The position numbers were made by a program, and so were the translations under genes. DNA of 64,000 nucleotides, from positions 1,088,001 to 1,152,000 of the forward strand of contig CAXXFL010000001.1 of NCBI GenBank assembly GCA_963674965.2, in the 5' to 3' direction. How positions within the stretch are numbered: position 1 is the stretch's first letter; each line of letters begins with the position of its first letter. The notes below the pieces were generated by a model. It worked only from the letters and a program-made list of their open reading frames with translations. It was not told where the DNA came from and searched no databases. Shown here in pieces: positions 51,028 to 59,702 of the stretch. Origin of the DNA: a bacterium (lineage in GTDB: Bacteria > RBG-13-61-14 > DATKZS01).

Positions 51028-51516
51028 CTAGTCTTCCTTGGTATAGCGCTGCACGATCACGTCGATGATGCTCGAGGTGGACCTGCCCTCCCGCAAGGGC
51101 ACGCGCATGATGAGGCCGCCCTCCGACTTGACCAGGTCGGCGCCCACGATGTTTTCCTCCGCCCAGTCGGCGCCCTTGGCCAGAACGTCCGGCACGATCT
51201 GATGGATAATGAGCTCGGGCGTGTCCTCGCTGAAGGCCACCACCAGGTCCACGGCCTCGAGGCCCGCCAGCACGGCCGCCCTGTCCTCGAGGGGGATGAG
51301 AGGACGCTTGGGTCCCTTGATCCGGCGTACCGAGGCGTCGTCGTTCACTCCAACTATCAGGACGTCCGCCTCGCCCTTGGCCGTCTCAAGGTAATCGACG
51401 TGGCCCGAGTGCAACAGGTCGAAGCAGCCGTTGGTAAAGGCCACCACCTTGCCCTCTTTTCTGGCCTCCTCCCTGATTTGCCTCACTTCATCGATCGTCT
51501 TTATCTTGTCTTTCAA
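51028..51516 (-). CDS. rfaE2: D-glycero-beta-D-manno-heptose 1-phosphate adenylyltransferase
   Basis: FTNGCFDLLHSGH, GVNDDASVRRIKGPKRP, KGADW, STSSII. Confidence 0.93.
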   Translation of the reverse strand: MKDKIKTIDEVRQIREEARKEGKVVAFTNGCFDLLHSGHVDYLETAKGEADVLIVGVNDDASVRRIKGPKRPLIPLEDRAAVLAGLEAVDLVVAFSEDTPELIIHQIVPDVLAKGADWAEENIVGADLVKSEGGLIMRVPLREGRSTSSIIDVIVQRYTKED

Positions 51517-51534
51517 ATTGAGTTTCCTTTATCT

Positions 51535-52188
51535 CTACTTCGCGTGCTCAAGAATCCATACCTCGGGACCGGAGACGGGCAGGGCGCCGCCGCCAATATC
51601 GACCTCGCTTTTTCCCGTCTTCTTGACGTTGGTCATAAGCTCGGCGAACTCGTCCACCCCGGCCAGGGGAAAGCCGCACTTCGCGGTCTTGAAATGCATG
51701 GGTATGACCAGCCGGGGTTTTATCTGCTCGACCAGCTTGGCGGCGTTTTCCGGTCCCACCGTGAAGGTCCCTCCCACGGGCGCGAGCAGGACGTCGACCG
51801 GCCCGAGCTTCTCGAGCTGGCCCTTGGAAAGGAGATGGCCAAGGTCCCCGGCGAAGCAGACCCGCACCCCATCCACGGTAAAGGCGAAGACCGTGTTCTT
51901 GCCTCTTTCCTTGCCGCCGGACTCGTCGTGGGCCGCCTCGATGGCGCTGAAATCAATTCCCTTCGCCTGGCCGGCGGTTTTAAGCACCTTCGGGTTTCCT
52001 CCCACTCCCTCGGCGTAGCTGTGGTCCGGATGATCGTGACTCACCAGTACCACGTCGGCAGGCTCGTCGACCACGCCGTAGGTAAGGGCCCCGCCGTATC
52101 CGGACGGGTCGTAAGGGTCCGTCACGATGACCGAGCCGTCACTGGAAGTAATGGTGAAACTGGCGTGGCCGTTCCATTTGATTTTCAT
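51535..52188 (-). CDS. MBL-fold metallo-hydrolase (Lactamase_B_3-like)
   Basis: MKIKWNGHASF, TDPY, SHDHPDH, GDLGH, PVGG, IPMHF. Confidence 0.9.
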   Translation of the reverse strand: MKIKWNGHASFTITSSDGSVIVTDPYDPSGYGGALTYGVVDEPADVVLVSHDHPDHSYAEGVGGNPKVLKTAGQAKGIDFSAIEAAHDESGGKERGKNTVFAFTVDGVRVCFAGDLGHLLSKGQLEKLGPVDVLLAPVGGTFTVGPENAAKLVEQIKPRLVIPMHFKTAKCGFPLAGVDEFAELMTNVKKTGKSEVDIGGGALPVSGPEVWILEHAK

Positions 52189-52396
52189 AACCTTACCCCC
52201 TTGCGAGCCTTCGCCGGCGTCCCGGCGCCAAACCAAACCTCGCCGCCCGTTTGGCGGCCTCCCTTATGGCCGATCGCTTAATCATAAGCGGTGTCCAAAC
52301 GGGTTGTCAATAAAGTCACGCCGGCCGCGTAACCGGCCAGGGAAGCGCGTGATATAATGTTCGTGCGGAGAGCCGGCGGGCGGCCGCCACGATGAC

Positions 52397-53758
52397 ATGG
52401 TTAAAGGACGCGATAAAAAGAAAAAAGCCGGGGCCAGGAAAATAGCCTTTGACGCCTTATGGAGAGTGGAGGCCAAGGGTCATCACGCCGACGCGGCCCT
52501 CGATCTCCTTTTTTCCGAGAGACGCGTCGAGGAACGGGAAAGGTCCTTCGCCTCGGAGCTTGCCTACGGGACCCTGAGGTGGCGGGGCCTTTTGGATTTT
52601 CATATCGGCCAGGCTTTGGACCGACCCCTCTCGAGGCTGGAGCGGAACGCGCTTATCGCGCTCCGGCTTGGGGCTTACCAGATACTTCTGCTCGACCGCG
52701 TTCCCCCCTCGGCGGCGGTGAACGAGAGCGTGTCCCTTGCTCCGCCCGGGGCCCGGGGCCTGGTCAACGCGGTCCTGAGGAAATTGGCGTCCGGAGAAGA
52801 CCTCGCCGATCCCGGAGCTATAAGCGATCCGGCCGAGCGCCTGTCCGTCGTTCATTCCCATCCCGCCTGGATGGTGGAATACTTTTTTAAATATATCGGG
52901 GCAGAGGAAACGGAAAAGTTCCTTAGCGCCAACAACGTTCGCCCGGTCCTTTCTCTGCGGGCAAACTCGGGAAGGACCAGCCGTGAGGCCCTCGCTCGTC
53001 TTCTGCAAAAGGAGGGAGTAAATTGCTCGGCCGGCCGTTTGAGTCCCCTGGCCGTCACGCTCGAGCGGACGAGAAAGGTCGCCGACCTTCCCGGCTTTAG
53101 CGAGGGCCTTTTCGCGGTCCAGGACGAGGCCAGCCAGTTGGCCGCGCTGGTCCTGGCGCCGTGTCCGGGCGAGACCGTTCTCGACGCCTGCGCGGCCCCC
53201 GGCGTGAAGAGCCTGCAAATAATGCAGCTCATGAAGGGAAACGGGCGGGTGGCCGCCGTTGACAAGGACGCGGACAGGCTCGAGTCCATGTCCGCCGAGG
53301 CCGTCAGGATGGGCGTCAAAAACGTGACCCGAATAGTGGGCGACTGGTCGGAAGAAATCAGTTGGCCCGGCCGTTTCAGGAACGTCTTGTTCGACCGCGT
53401 CCTGGTTGACGCTCCCTGCACCGGTTTGGGCACCATCCGCCGGCGGCCCGAGATCAAATGGAACCGGAGGCCCGGCGACCCGTCCGAGCGTTCCGGCTTG
53501 CAAAGAGGAATTCTTGACGAGGCGATCCGGCTGGTCCGGCCGGGCGGCTATGTCGTTTATTCCACCTGCACTCTCACGGCCGAGGAAAACGATGGCGTCC
53601 TTCGGCCATATCTTGAGGACGGGCGCCTTGCGCTCGAGGACCCGGCGGGGGGACATCCCCATCTTTCGCCTCTGGTTAAAGACGGGGCCATCAGGACCTG
53701 GCCCCACCTTACCGGGACCGACGGCTTTACCATTTACAAGCTGAGAAAGCCAGGTTGA
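52397..53758 (+). CDS. rsmB: 16S rRNA m5C967 methyltransferase
   Basis: N-terminal NusB-like domain, SHPAW, VQDEASQL, DACAAPG, DAPCTGLG, YSTCT. Confidence 0.93.
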   Translation: MVKGRDKKKKAGARKIAFDALWRVEAKGHHADAALDLLFSERRVEERERSFASELAYGTLRWRGLLDFHIGQALDRPLSRLERNALIALRLGAYQILLLDRVPPSAAVNESVSLAPPGARGLVNAVLRKLASGEDLADPGAISDPAERLSVVHSHPAWMVEYFFKYIGAEETEKFLSANNVRPVLSLRANSGRTSREALARLLQKEGVNCSAGRLSPLAVTLERTRKVADLPGFSEGLFAVQDEASQLAALVLAPCPGETVLDACAAPGVKSLQIMQLMKGNGRVAAVDKDADRLESMSAEAVRMGVKNVTRIVGDWSEEISWPGRFRNVLFDRVLVDAPCTGLGTIRRRPEIKWNRRPGDPSERSGLQRGILDEAIRLVRPGGYVVYSTCTLTAEENDGVLRPYLEDGRLALEDPAGGHPHLSPLVKDGAIRTWPHLTGTDGFTIYKLRKPG

Positions 53759-53761
53759 GGC

Positions 53762-53796
53762 AAAAAGGCCCGGACGCCGTTGACGCCCGGGCCTTG
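53762..53796. terminator. Probable terminator hairpin between convergent rsmB and porin genes
   Basis: aaaaaggcccgg...ccgggcctt stem; gives a U-tract on the minus strand. Confidence 0.6.
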
Positions 53797-53811
53797 GTCG
53801 AAGGCTTTTCC

Positions 53812-54978
53812 CTATATCGCCGGCGATAAGGAGACGTCGAAAAGGAACTGCATGTTGATGAAGAATATGTTGTCGTCCTGGTCGTCGGTAAAGTCGTTCA
53901 CCGTGTTTTTATCCACGTAGTTGGCCTGTATTCTGAAGGAGGGGGAAGGCGAGAAGTTGGCTCCGAAGGTCCAGTTTTTCTGGTCGGTCACGTCGCCGTT
54001 CTCGTCGAACTCGGATGAGAACTCGTCGTATCTTATTCCCAGCTCGAGTCTGTCGTCGAAAAAGGCCTGAACGACCTGTCCCCCGTATCCCTTATAGTCG
54101 TAGATATAGTTAAGGGCCACCCACAGGTCGTCCAGATGTCCCTCTCCGTAGAACCCGTAAATCCTGGTTCCCCAGGGAAGCTTCACCAAAAGATCGGCGC
54201 TCCAGGCTTCGCGGTCGATATCGAACACGGTCTTTTTGTCGTCGTAGAGCGCGTCCTCATGCTTGTTGTAGCTGTAATGGCCGCCCAGGGTGACCTCGGG
54301 AACCGCCTGCAGCTCGAGCCTGGCCCCGTAGAAGTATTCACCGAACTTGTTGGTGTAAAAATACTCGGGGCTTTCCTCGCCGCCCACGTAGAAGTTGCCC
54401 CCAATGCCGTTGGATATCATGAGGAAATAACGAAGCTGGGTCGCGTCGTCGTCCCCTATTTTTCCCTTGAAGGCCACGCCCATGTCGCGGTTGTTAGATG
54501 ACTGGGCCATGAGCAACGATATATATGGAGTGCGGGAAAGTGAATAGTCTCCCACCATCTTGGCGAAGGTCGTCCTGGTGATGAAGTCCAGGCCCTGATC
54601 GGGGGTGAGGACCTCGCCGGTCGAGGGTATCTTCATAAGACCCACGTAAAACCCCAGCCAGTCGGCCACGTGATATGCCCCCCAGGCGTCGATCACGTCC
54701 GTTCTTTCCTCGAGCCTCAGCTTGAACATGCCCTCGACCTTGCCGTCCGCGGTGAGGAAGTGAACGCCCAGCCGGCCCTGCTTGAAGTTGAAACCGCTGG
54801 CCTCGTCCACCGCCGGGTCGAGCGTTCCCTGCTGGAGCCGGCCGTTCTCGACCTGCTCCTGGACCACCCACCAGAAGTTGGCGTTGCCCGAAAGAGTGAC
54901 CATGGGACCATCCGATCCCAGGGCGAGGGCGGGAAATATAACCGCCGCCGCGATGGCCAGTATCGCCGTTTTTTTCAT
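53812..54978 (-). CDS. Outer-membrane porin-like beta-barrel (OprO/OprP-like)
   Basis: Signal peptide MKKTAILAIAAAVIFPALALG. GFNFKQGRL, DAWGAY, G.MKIP, RDMGV, RYD, WTFGANF, RIQANY alternating beta strands. Confidence 0.75.
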   Translation of the reverse strand: MKKTAILAIAAAVIFPALALGSDGPMVTLSGNANFWWVVQEQVENGRLQQGTLDPAVDEASGFNFKQGRLGVHFLTADGKVEGMFKLRLEERTDVIDAWGAYHVADWLGFYVGLMKIPSTGEVLTPDQGLDFITRTTFAKMVGDYSLSRTPYISLLMAQSSNNRDMGVAFKGKIGDDDATQLRYFLMISNGIGGNFYVGGEESPEYFYTNKFGEYFYGARLELQAVPEVTLGGHYSYNKHEDALYDDKKTVFDIDREAWSADLLVKLPWGTRIYGFYGEGHLDDLWVALNYIYDYKGYGGQVVQAFFDDRLELGIRYDEFSSEFDENGDVTDQKNWTFGANFSPSPSFRIQANYVDKNTVNDFTDDQDDNIFFINMQFLFDVSLSPAI

Positions 54979-55124
54979 TTTCTTTCTCTCCCATCCTGAG
55001 GCGGAAATGGCAACCGCCGTCATGCCTCGCGCGAAGTCAAAGGCGCGCGGTCTTTTATGACGCTCGAACGTCGTCCCCGGAAGGCCCTTCACGGGCCCGC
55101 CGGGGACGTTTTCCGCGCGTGGAT

Positions 55125-56438
55125 TTATGGCGTCTGTATGCCGTAGCCGTAAAGAAGTATCTTGTTTTCCTGGATCAGGGCCCAGCCGCCGTTGTTGATG
55201 TCGAACTCCTCGCATCCCTCGGGCATGGGCATGACCCTGATAACGACCGCTCCCTTGGCCATGTCCCCGGCGTTATGGCACTTGCATTCGTCGTATGGAT
55301 AGGTATCGGCCTCGGTGCATCCCATTTTATCCTGATCAAGCCCCCAGTCCGGATGCATGACGTATTTGGGGTCAAGGGTATCGCTGCAATCGGAGTCCTC
55401 GAGGTTTGCCATCCACGGGGGAATGACGTTCCGGAAGGGGCCCTCGCCCCCTATCTTTCCGCTCGAGTCGTCCAGATAGGCCTTGTCCAGCAGGCTTCCG
55501 TCCCTCTCGTAGGCCAGGAGGTGCCACATCTCGTCCACGATGGTCTCGCCGTCGCTGTAGCCGTGGGTTTGGGCCGGGTAATCCACGAAGGCGCACTCGC
55601 CGAGGTCGTTGACTCCGAAGCCGTCGAAGAAGTAGCTGGGCGGGAACTGGTCGGCGATCTTATCCACGTCAAAGGTGAGGCTGTAGCCGTCGGGAGCGAC
55701 CACGTGAATTCCCTCGACGCCGGCGCCGTCCAGTTCCAGGTCCAGTCCGCCATAGTGCTTGATGAAGTCCTTCATGCGCACGCCCTTGTAGTTGGCGTAA
55801 TTGTCGAACTGCTGCTTCGAGGTGTTGGAAAGCAGGAACATATCGTACTTGGCGATGCCGGCGTCGTTTCTTACCTGGTTCAGGGTTACCGTCACCACCG
55901 GGCAAAGCGCCTGGCCGGGCATGCTGCCCGCGTCGCCCGGGTACTTGACGTCGTCTATCTCCTCGCGGTTGGTGAAGCCGTCGCCGTCGCTGTCGTTCTG
56001 GTCGATTTTAACCAGGGCGTTGAGGTTTTTTCCATTTAGCATGTAGTCCTTGCCGTACTCGTTAAGGGTTTCCCAGAAGGTGGTGGGAAGACCGAGCCAC
56101 CCATCCATGGGATGCTCGATGTAATGGCAGAAGGTGCAAACGTCGGCCTGGATGTCCTTATAGCCGCCGCCCTTGGGTTTTTGCACCACCCCGCTCTTAT
56201 GGCAGGTCTGGCAGTCGTCAAGACGCGTGCCGTAAACCCACGGGTACACCCTGACGAAGTTGTTGATGTCCGCGTCGCTGGCGTGGCCCTTGTACGCGCG
56301 CGACGAGAAGTTCCTGTCGTCCGCGTTGTCGTCGTCGTGGTCGCATCCCGTTACGACGATGAACGAGGCGCCCACGGCGAAACTCGCCACGATGAGCGCC
56401 GCCAAAGCGCCGCTTGCCGCTTTCCTTAGACAATCCAT
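55125..56438 (-). CDS. GEGP-motif diheme c lipoprotein with molybdopterin-oxidoreductase-like C-terminal domain
   Basis: AGGAGG SD and lipobox VTG-C. CQTCH and CTFCH heme sites, DSDGDGFTNREE Ca-loop. YKGV...APDGY...LLAYERDG...GGEGPFRNVIP. Confidence 0.8.
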   Translation of the reverse strand: MDCLRKAASGALAALIVASFAVGASFIVVTGCDHDDDNADDRNFSSRAYKGHASDADINNFVRVYPWVYGTRLDDCQTCHKSGVVQKPKGGGYKDIQADVCTFCHYIEHPMDGWLGLPTTFWETLNEYGKDYMLNGKNLNALVKIDQNDSDGDGFTNREEIDDVKYPGDAGSMPGQALCPVVTVTLNQVRNDAGIAKYDMFLLSNTSKQQFDNYANYKGVRMKDFIKHYGGLDLELDGAGVEGIHVVAPDGYSLTFDVDKIADQFPPSYFFDGFGVNDLGECAFVDYPAQTHGYSDGETIVDEMWHLLAYERDGSLLDKAYLDDSSGKIGGEGPFRNVIPPWMANLEDSDCSDTLDPKYVMHPDWGLDQDKMGCTEADTYPYDECKCHNAGDMAKGAVVIRVMPMPEGCEEFDINNGGWALIQENKILLYGYGIQTP

Positions 56439-56523
56439 TTTACCCCTCCTGTTCTTCCCGACCCGGCGGACCGGGTCTCGCCCTTTCCAAAAACTGCCGC
56501 GCCTGGCCCAAAAAGGAGGGATC

Positions 56524-56555
56524 GAAAAATAATAAGGCTTCCCCCCTGGGAAGCC
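56524..56555 (-). terminator. Second intrinsic-terminator-like hairpin in the riboswitch leader
   Basis: Minus strand ggcttccc-aggg-gggaagcc followed by ttattattttt. Confidence 0.5.
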
Positions 56556-56570
56556 GGCCACGCGACCCGA

Positions 56571-56601
56571 ATAAAAAAGCGGTTCCCCATAATGAAACCG
56601 C
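56571..56601 (-). terminator. Intrinsic terminator, probable riboswitch expression platform
   Basis: Minus strand gcggtttc...ggaaccgc followed by tttttt. Confidence 0.65.
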
Positions 56602-56615
56602 TCGACCTCGGGCCG

Positions 56616-56719
56616 CGCCTCCTTTCCAAGCATGGGGGGCCGCGAGGTTTCCCCCGCCGCCGAATGGCCGGCTCGCCATAGCCATTTCTCCAGCCTTAGG
56701 CGAAGCCGACTCGGAGACG
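56616..56719 (-). ncRNA. Moco/Tuco (molybdenum/tungsten cofactor) riboswitch candidate, apparently lacking P3
   Basis: Minus strand CGUCUCCGAG...CCUAAG...GCUAUGG...GCGGGG-GAAA-CCUCGC...CCCCC...UUGGAAAGGAGGCG. P1 pairs CGUCUCC/GGAGGCG; GNRA-capped P4; conserved UUGGAAAGG. Confidence 0.8.
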
Positions 56720-56725
56720 AGGAAT

Positions 56726-56754
56726 ATTTTATAAAAACGAGACAGAATAGTCAA
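56726..56754 (-). promoter_or_regulatory. Sigma-70 promoter for the riboswitch-diheme-porin unit
   Basis: TTGACT (56754-56749), N17, TAAAAT (56731-56726); 6 nt before the aptamer. Confidence 0.7.
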
Positions 56755-56888
56755 CAGCTTTGCGTCAATGACCGGCCGGTAAAGGGCGCCTACGAAGAAA
56801 TTTTTTAACAACGGGAATCTCGGGCTACACTAGTAAACGTAAAAGAGACCGGCCGTCGGCCGCGTCTACTCGTCCGCGGGGGAATGTT

Positions 56889-57593
56889 TTGAAGACCGAT
56901 CCAATTATAGTAAAAAAGCGGCTCGCCCGCATACTGGCCTGGGCCATCGTGTTTCTCTTATGGCTGGCCGCGACCAGGGCCACCCTTCATAATCCGCTTC
57001 TGAACTTCTCGGTGGTGGACCCGGGCAGGCTTATGCGCTCGGGCCAGCCGTACGCGCAAGATTACGAGGAGATAAAGTCCACAAAGGGCCTGGGCACGAT
57101 CGTCAATCTGCGCGGCTCCATCCGCGCCGCCGAAAGGGAGTGGGCCGAGGCCAACGGCGTCAAGGTGATCGCCATGCGCATGTGGGCGGATATCCCTCCC
57201 AAGTCCTCCCAGGTGGGGGTCTTCTTCGCCGTCATGAGGGGAGAGCCGATAAACGTCGCGGCCAACGACGATATAATCGTCGAGCACGCCGGGTTGGGCG
57301 GCGAGGAAACGGTGACCTTTCCTTTCCCCGTGCTTTTGCACTGCGAGGGGGGCTCGGACCGGACGGGCGTTCTGACCGCCCTTTACCGCGTGGCCTTCAT
57401 GGGTTGGAGCATGGATGACGCCAAACTCGAGGCCATGCTCAACTGGCACATACCCCCGTCGCATCCGGACCAGTTCAAGTACCTTGACGGCGTCAAAGGT
57501 CCGATAGGCCCATCTTTCGGGGACGAGCCGCGCAAGACGAAGGAGTCCGCCAAGGAGGAAATAAAGGGGCCATCCCCCTCGCCGCTGGATTAA
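56889..57593 (+). CDS. Membrane-anchored protein-tyrosine/dual-specificity phosphatase family protein
   Basis: NFSVVDPGRLMRSGQP, IVNLRG, LLHCEGGSDRTG (HCxxGxxR). N-terminal TM. Confidence 0.82.
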   Translation: MKTDPIIVKKRLARILAWAIVFLLWLAATRATLHNPLLNFSVVDPGRLMRSGQPYAQDYEEIKSTKGLGTIVNLRGSIRAAEREWAEANGVKVIAMRMWADIPPKSSQVGVFFAVMRGEPINVAANDDIIVEHAGLGGEETVTFPFPVLLHCEGGSDRTGVLTALYRVAFMGWSMDDAKLEAMLNWHIPPSHPDQFKYLDGVKGPIGPSFGDEPRKTKESAKEEIKGPSPSPLD

Positions 57594-57633
57594 TGGCGCC
57601 CTCCGTGAGATTATCTTTTACGAGGCTTTAGTC

Positions 57634-58836
57634 ATGTTCGTCGAGTTTTTTTACGAGTTAAAATCCAAGGGCGTGCCGGTTTCGCCCACTTCTTTCCTTC
57701 GTCTTCAGAAGGCGCTCCACCTGGGGCTTATCGAGTCGCTCGAGGACTTCTATACGGTCACGCGCTCGATCCTCGTGAAGAGCGAGCGTTTTTTCGATCT
57801 TTACGACCGGATATTCGCGTATTACTTCGAGGGAGTCGAGTTCAGCGACGATATAAGCCGGGAGCTTGAGGAGGCCATGCGTCCCCTTCTGGAGGAATGG
57901 CTCAAGGACCCCGAGGAACTGGCGGAGATGCTGGGCATGGACCCTGAGGACGTGCTCAAGCTTTCGCCGGAGGAGTTGGTCAAGTATTTCCTCGAGCGCC
58001 TCAAGGACCAGACCGAGGCCCACCATGGGGGCAACCGCTGGATCGGCACTCAGGGGACCTCGCCGGTGGGCCACTCGGGCAAGAACCCGCAGGGTATGCG
58101 GGTCGGCGGTTCCTCCGGCGGCAAGACCGCCGTCAAGGTCGCCCTCGAGCGGCGCTACAAGGACTACTCCGCGGGCCGGACCATCGGCAAGGCCGAGATG
58201 GGTGAGGCCCTCCGCTATCTTAAGGACCTGCGGCCCGTGGGCCCGAGGGACCAGGTAAACATCGAGGAAAGCATCCGGGCGACCTGCCGCAACGGGGGCG
58301 AGATCGACATCGTGTTCGACCGGGCCCTGCGCGACCGCCTTCGGGTGATCCTGATGATGGACAACGGCGGCTGGTCGATGGACCCCTTCATCGAGGTCTG
58401 CACCACCCTGTTCGCCTACGCCCGCAACCAGTTCAAGGAGCTTCATACCTATTATTTCCATAATTGCATTTACGACCGGGTATGGATCGATCCCATGCGG
58501 ATCAGGCAGCCCAAGAAGACCCTGGACTTTGCCAGGGACGACCCGGACTCGAGGCTGATAATAGTGGGAGACGCCTCCATGGCGCCCTACGAGCTTTTGG
58601 GCGCGGACGGCAGCATCTATTACCACGAGCGCCAGTCAAGGCCCGGCGTCAAGTGGCTCGAGTTCCTGGCCGATACCTTTCCCCATTCGGTTTGGCTCAA
58701 TCCCAAGCGAGAGATCACCTGGGAATACACGGAGGGAGCGACGACCATTTCCCATATCGGGAACGTCTTCCCCATGTTCGACCTGACCATCGAGGGACTC
58801 GAGAAGGCGGCGGCCAAGTTGAAAGAGAAAAATTGA
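57634..58836 (+). CDS. VWA-domain (CoxE-like) protein
   Basis: HHGGNRWIGTQGTSPVGHSG, LMMDNGGWSM MIDAS-like motif, YYFHNC, VGDASMAPYEL. Confidence 0.85.
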   Translation: MFVEFFYELKSKGVPVSPTSFLRLQKALHLGLIESLEDFYTVTRSILVKSERFFDLYDRIFAYYFEGVEFSDDISRELEEAMRPLLEEWLKDPEELAEMLGMDPEDVLKLSPEELVKYFLERLKDQTEAHHGGNRWIGTQGTSPVGHSGKNPQGMRVGGSSGGKTAVKVALERRYKDYSAGRTIGKAEMGEALRYLKDLRPVGPRDQVNIEESIRATCRNGGEIDIVFDRALRDRLRVILMMDNGGWSMDPFIEVCTTLFAYARNQFKELHTYYFHNCIYDRVWIDPMRIRQPKKTLDFARDDPDSRLIIVGDASMAPYELLGADGSIYYHERQSRPGVKWLEFLADTFPHSVWLNPKREITWEYTEGATTISHIGNVFPMFDLTIEGLEKAAAKLKEKN

Positions 58837-58870
58837 CAATACGGGCTCGGCCTTTTCCCGGATAAGCGTT

Positions 58871-59665
58871 ATGAAGGACGAAAAGAAAAACAAGATTTCG
58901 CTTGATGACCTGATCGAGCTGATGGCGCGGCTAAGGGGCGATGGCGGCTGTCCCTGGGACAGGGAGCAGACCCCGGAGAGCCTTACTCCCTATATCATCG
59001 AGGAGGCCTGCGAGCTGGTAGACGCGGTTAAGGAAAACGACCCGGACCACGTTCGGGAGGAGCTGGGAGACCTTCTTTTCCAGATCGTGTTCCAGGCCCG
59101 GATCGGTTCCGAGCGGGGCGACTTCGACCTCTACGACGTGATCGAGGGCATTCATCGCAAGATGGTTCGCCGCCACCCCCACGTTTTCGGCGACACTCGG
59201 GTTCGGGACTCGGGCGACGTAAAGCGCAACTGGGTAAGGATCAAGGAGAGCGAGGGCAAGAAAAGGCCGAAGGGGGCCCTGGGCAAGGTTCCCAGGTCGC
59301 TGCCCGCCCTTCTTCGGGCCAGGCGTCTGACCGAGAACGCGTCGGAGGTCGGTTTCGACTGGACGGGTCCCACGGAGGTCATGGCCAAGTTCGAGGAGGA
59401 ATGGGAAGAGTTCGAGCTTGCCCTCTCAAGCGGCGACCCGGACCGGATCGAGGATGAGTTTGGGGACGTGCTTTTCGTGCTGGTCAATCTTTCCCGCTTT
59501 ATCAAGCAGGACCCCGAGGCGGCGCTTAACCGGGCGATCGGCAAGTTCACCCGCCGCTTCGGCTACATCGAGGACAAGGTCGAGGAGTCGGGCAGGAAAA
59601 TGGAGGACCTGACCCTTGACGAGATGGAACAAATCTGGAAGCGGGCCAAGGCCGAGGGCGTCTAA
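58871..59665 (+). CDS. mazG: Nucleoside triphosphate pyrophosphohydrolase
   Basis: LR...GCPWDREQT, EELGDLL, RRHPHVF, GFDW, EFGDVLF. Confidence 0.96.
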   Translation: MKDEKKNKISLDDLIELMARLRGDGGCPWDREQTPESLTPYIIEEACELVDAVKENDPDHVREELGDLLFQIVFQARIGSERGDFDLYDVIEGIHRKMVRRHPHVFGDTRVRDSGDVKRNWVRIKESEGKKRPKGALGKVPRSLPALLRARRLTENASEVGFDWTGPTEVMAKFEEEWEEFELALSSGDPDRIEDEFGDVLFVLVNLSRFIKQDPEAALNRAIGKFTRRFGYIEDKVEESGRKMEDLTLDEMEQIWKRAKAEGV

Positions 59666-59702
59666 GCCGCCTTCTTCCAGGAACGCGATCTAGGAGGACC
59701 GG

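Noticed and set aside
53812-56438. Porin-cytochrome extracellular electron conduit (MtrAB/PCC-like)
   Set aside because: Only two CxxCH motifs and a smaller porin; the riboswitch context points to Mo/W biology instead.
56439-56633. N-terminal extension of the diheme protein in the ORF track
   Set aside because: Runs through the riboswitch and terminators; ATG 56438 has an AGGAGG SD and a lipoprotein signal.
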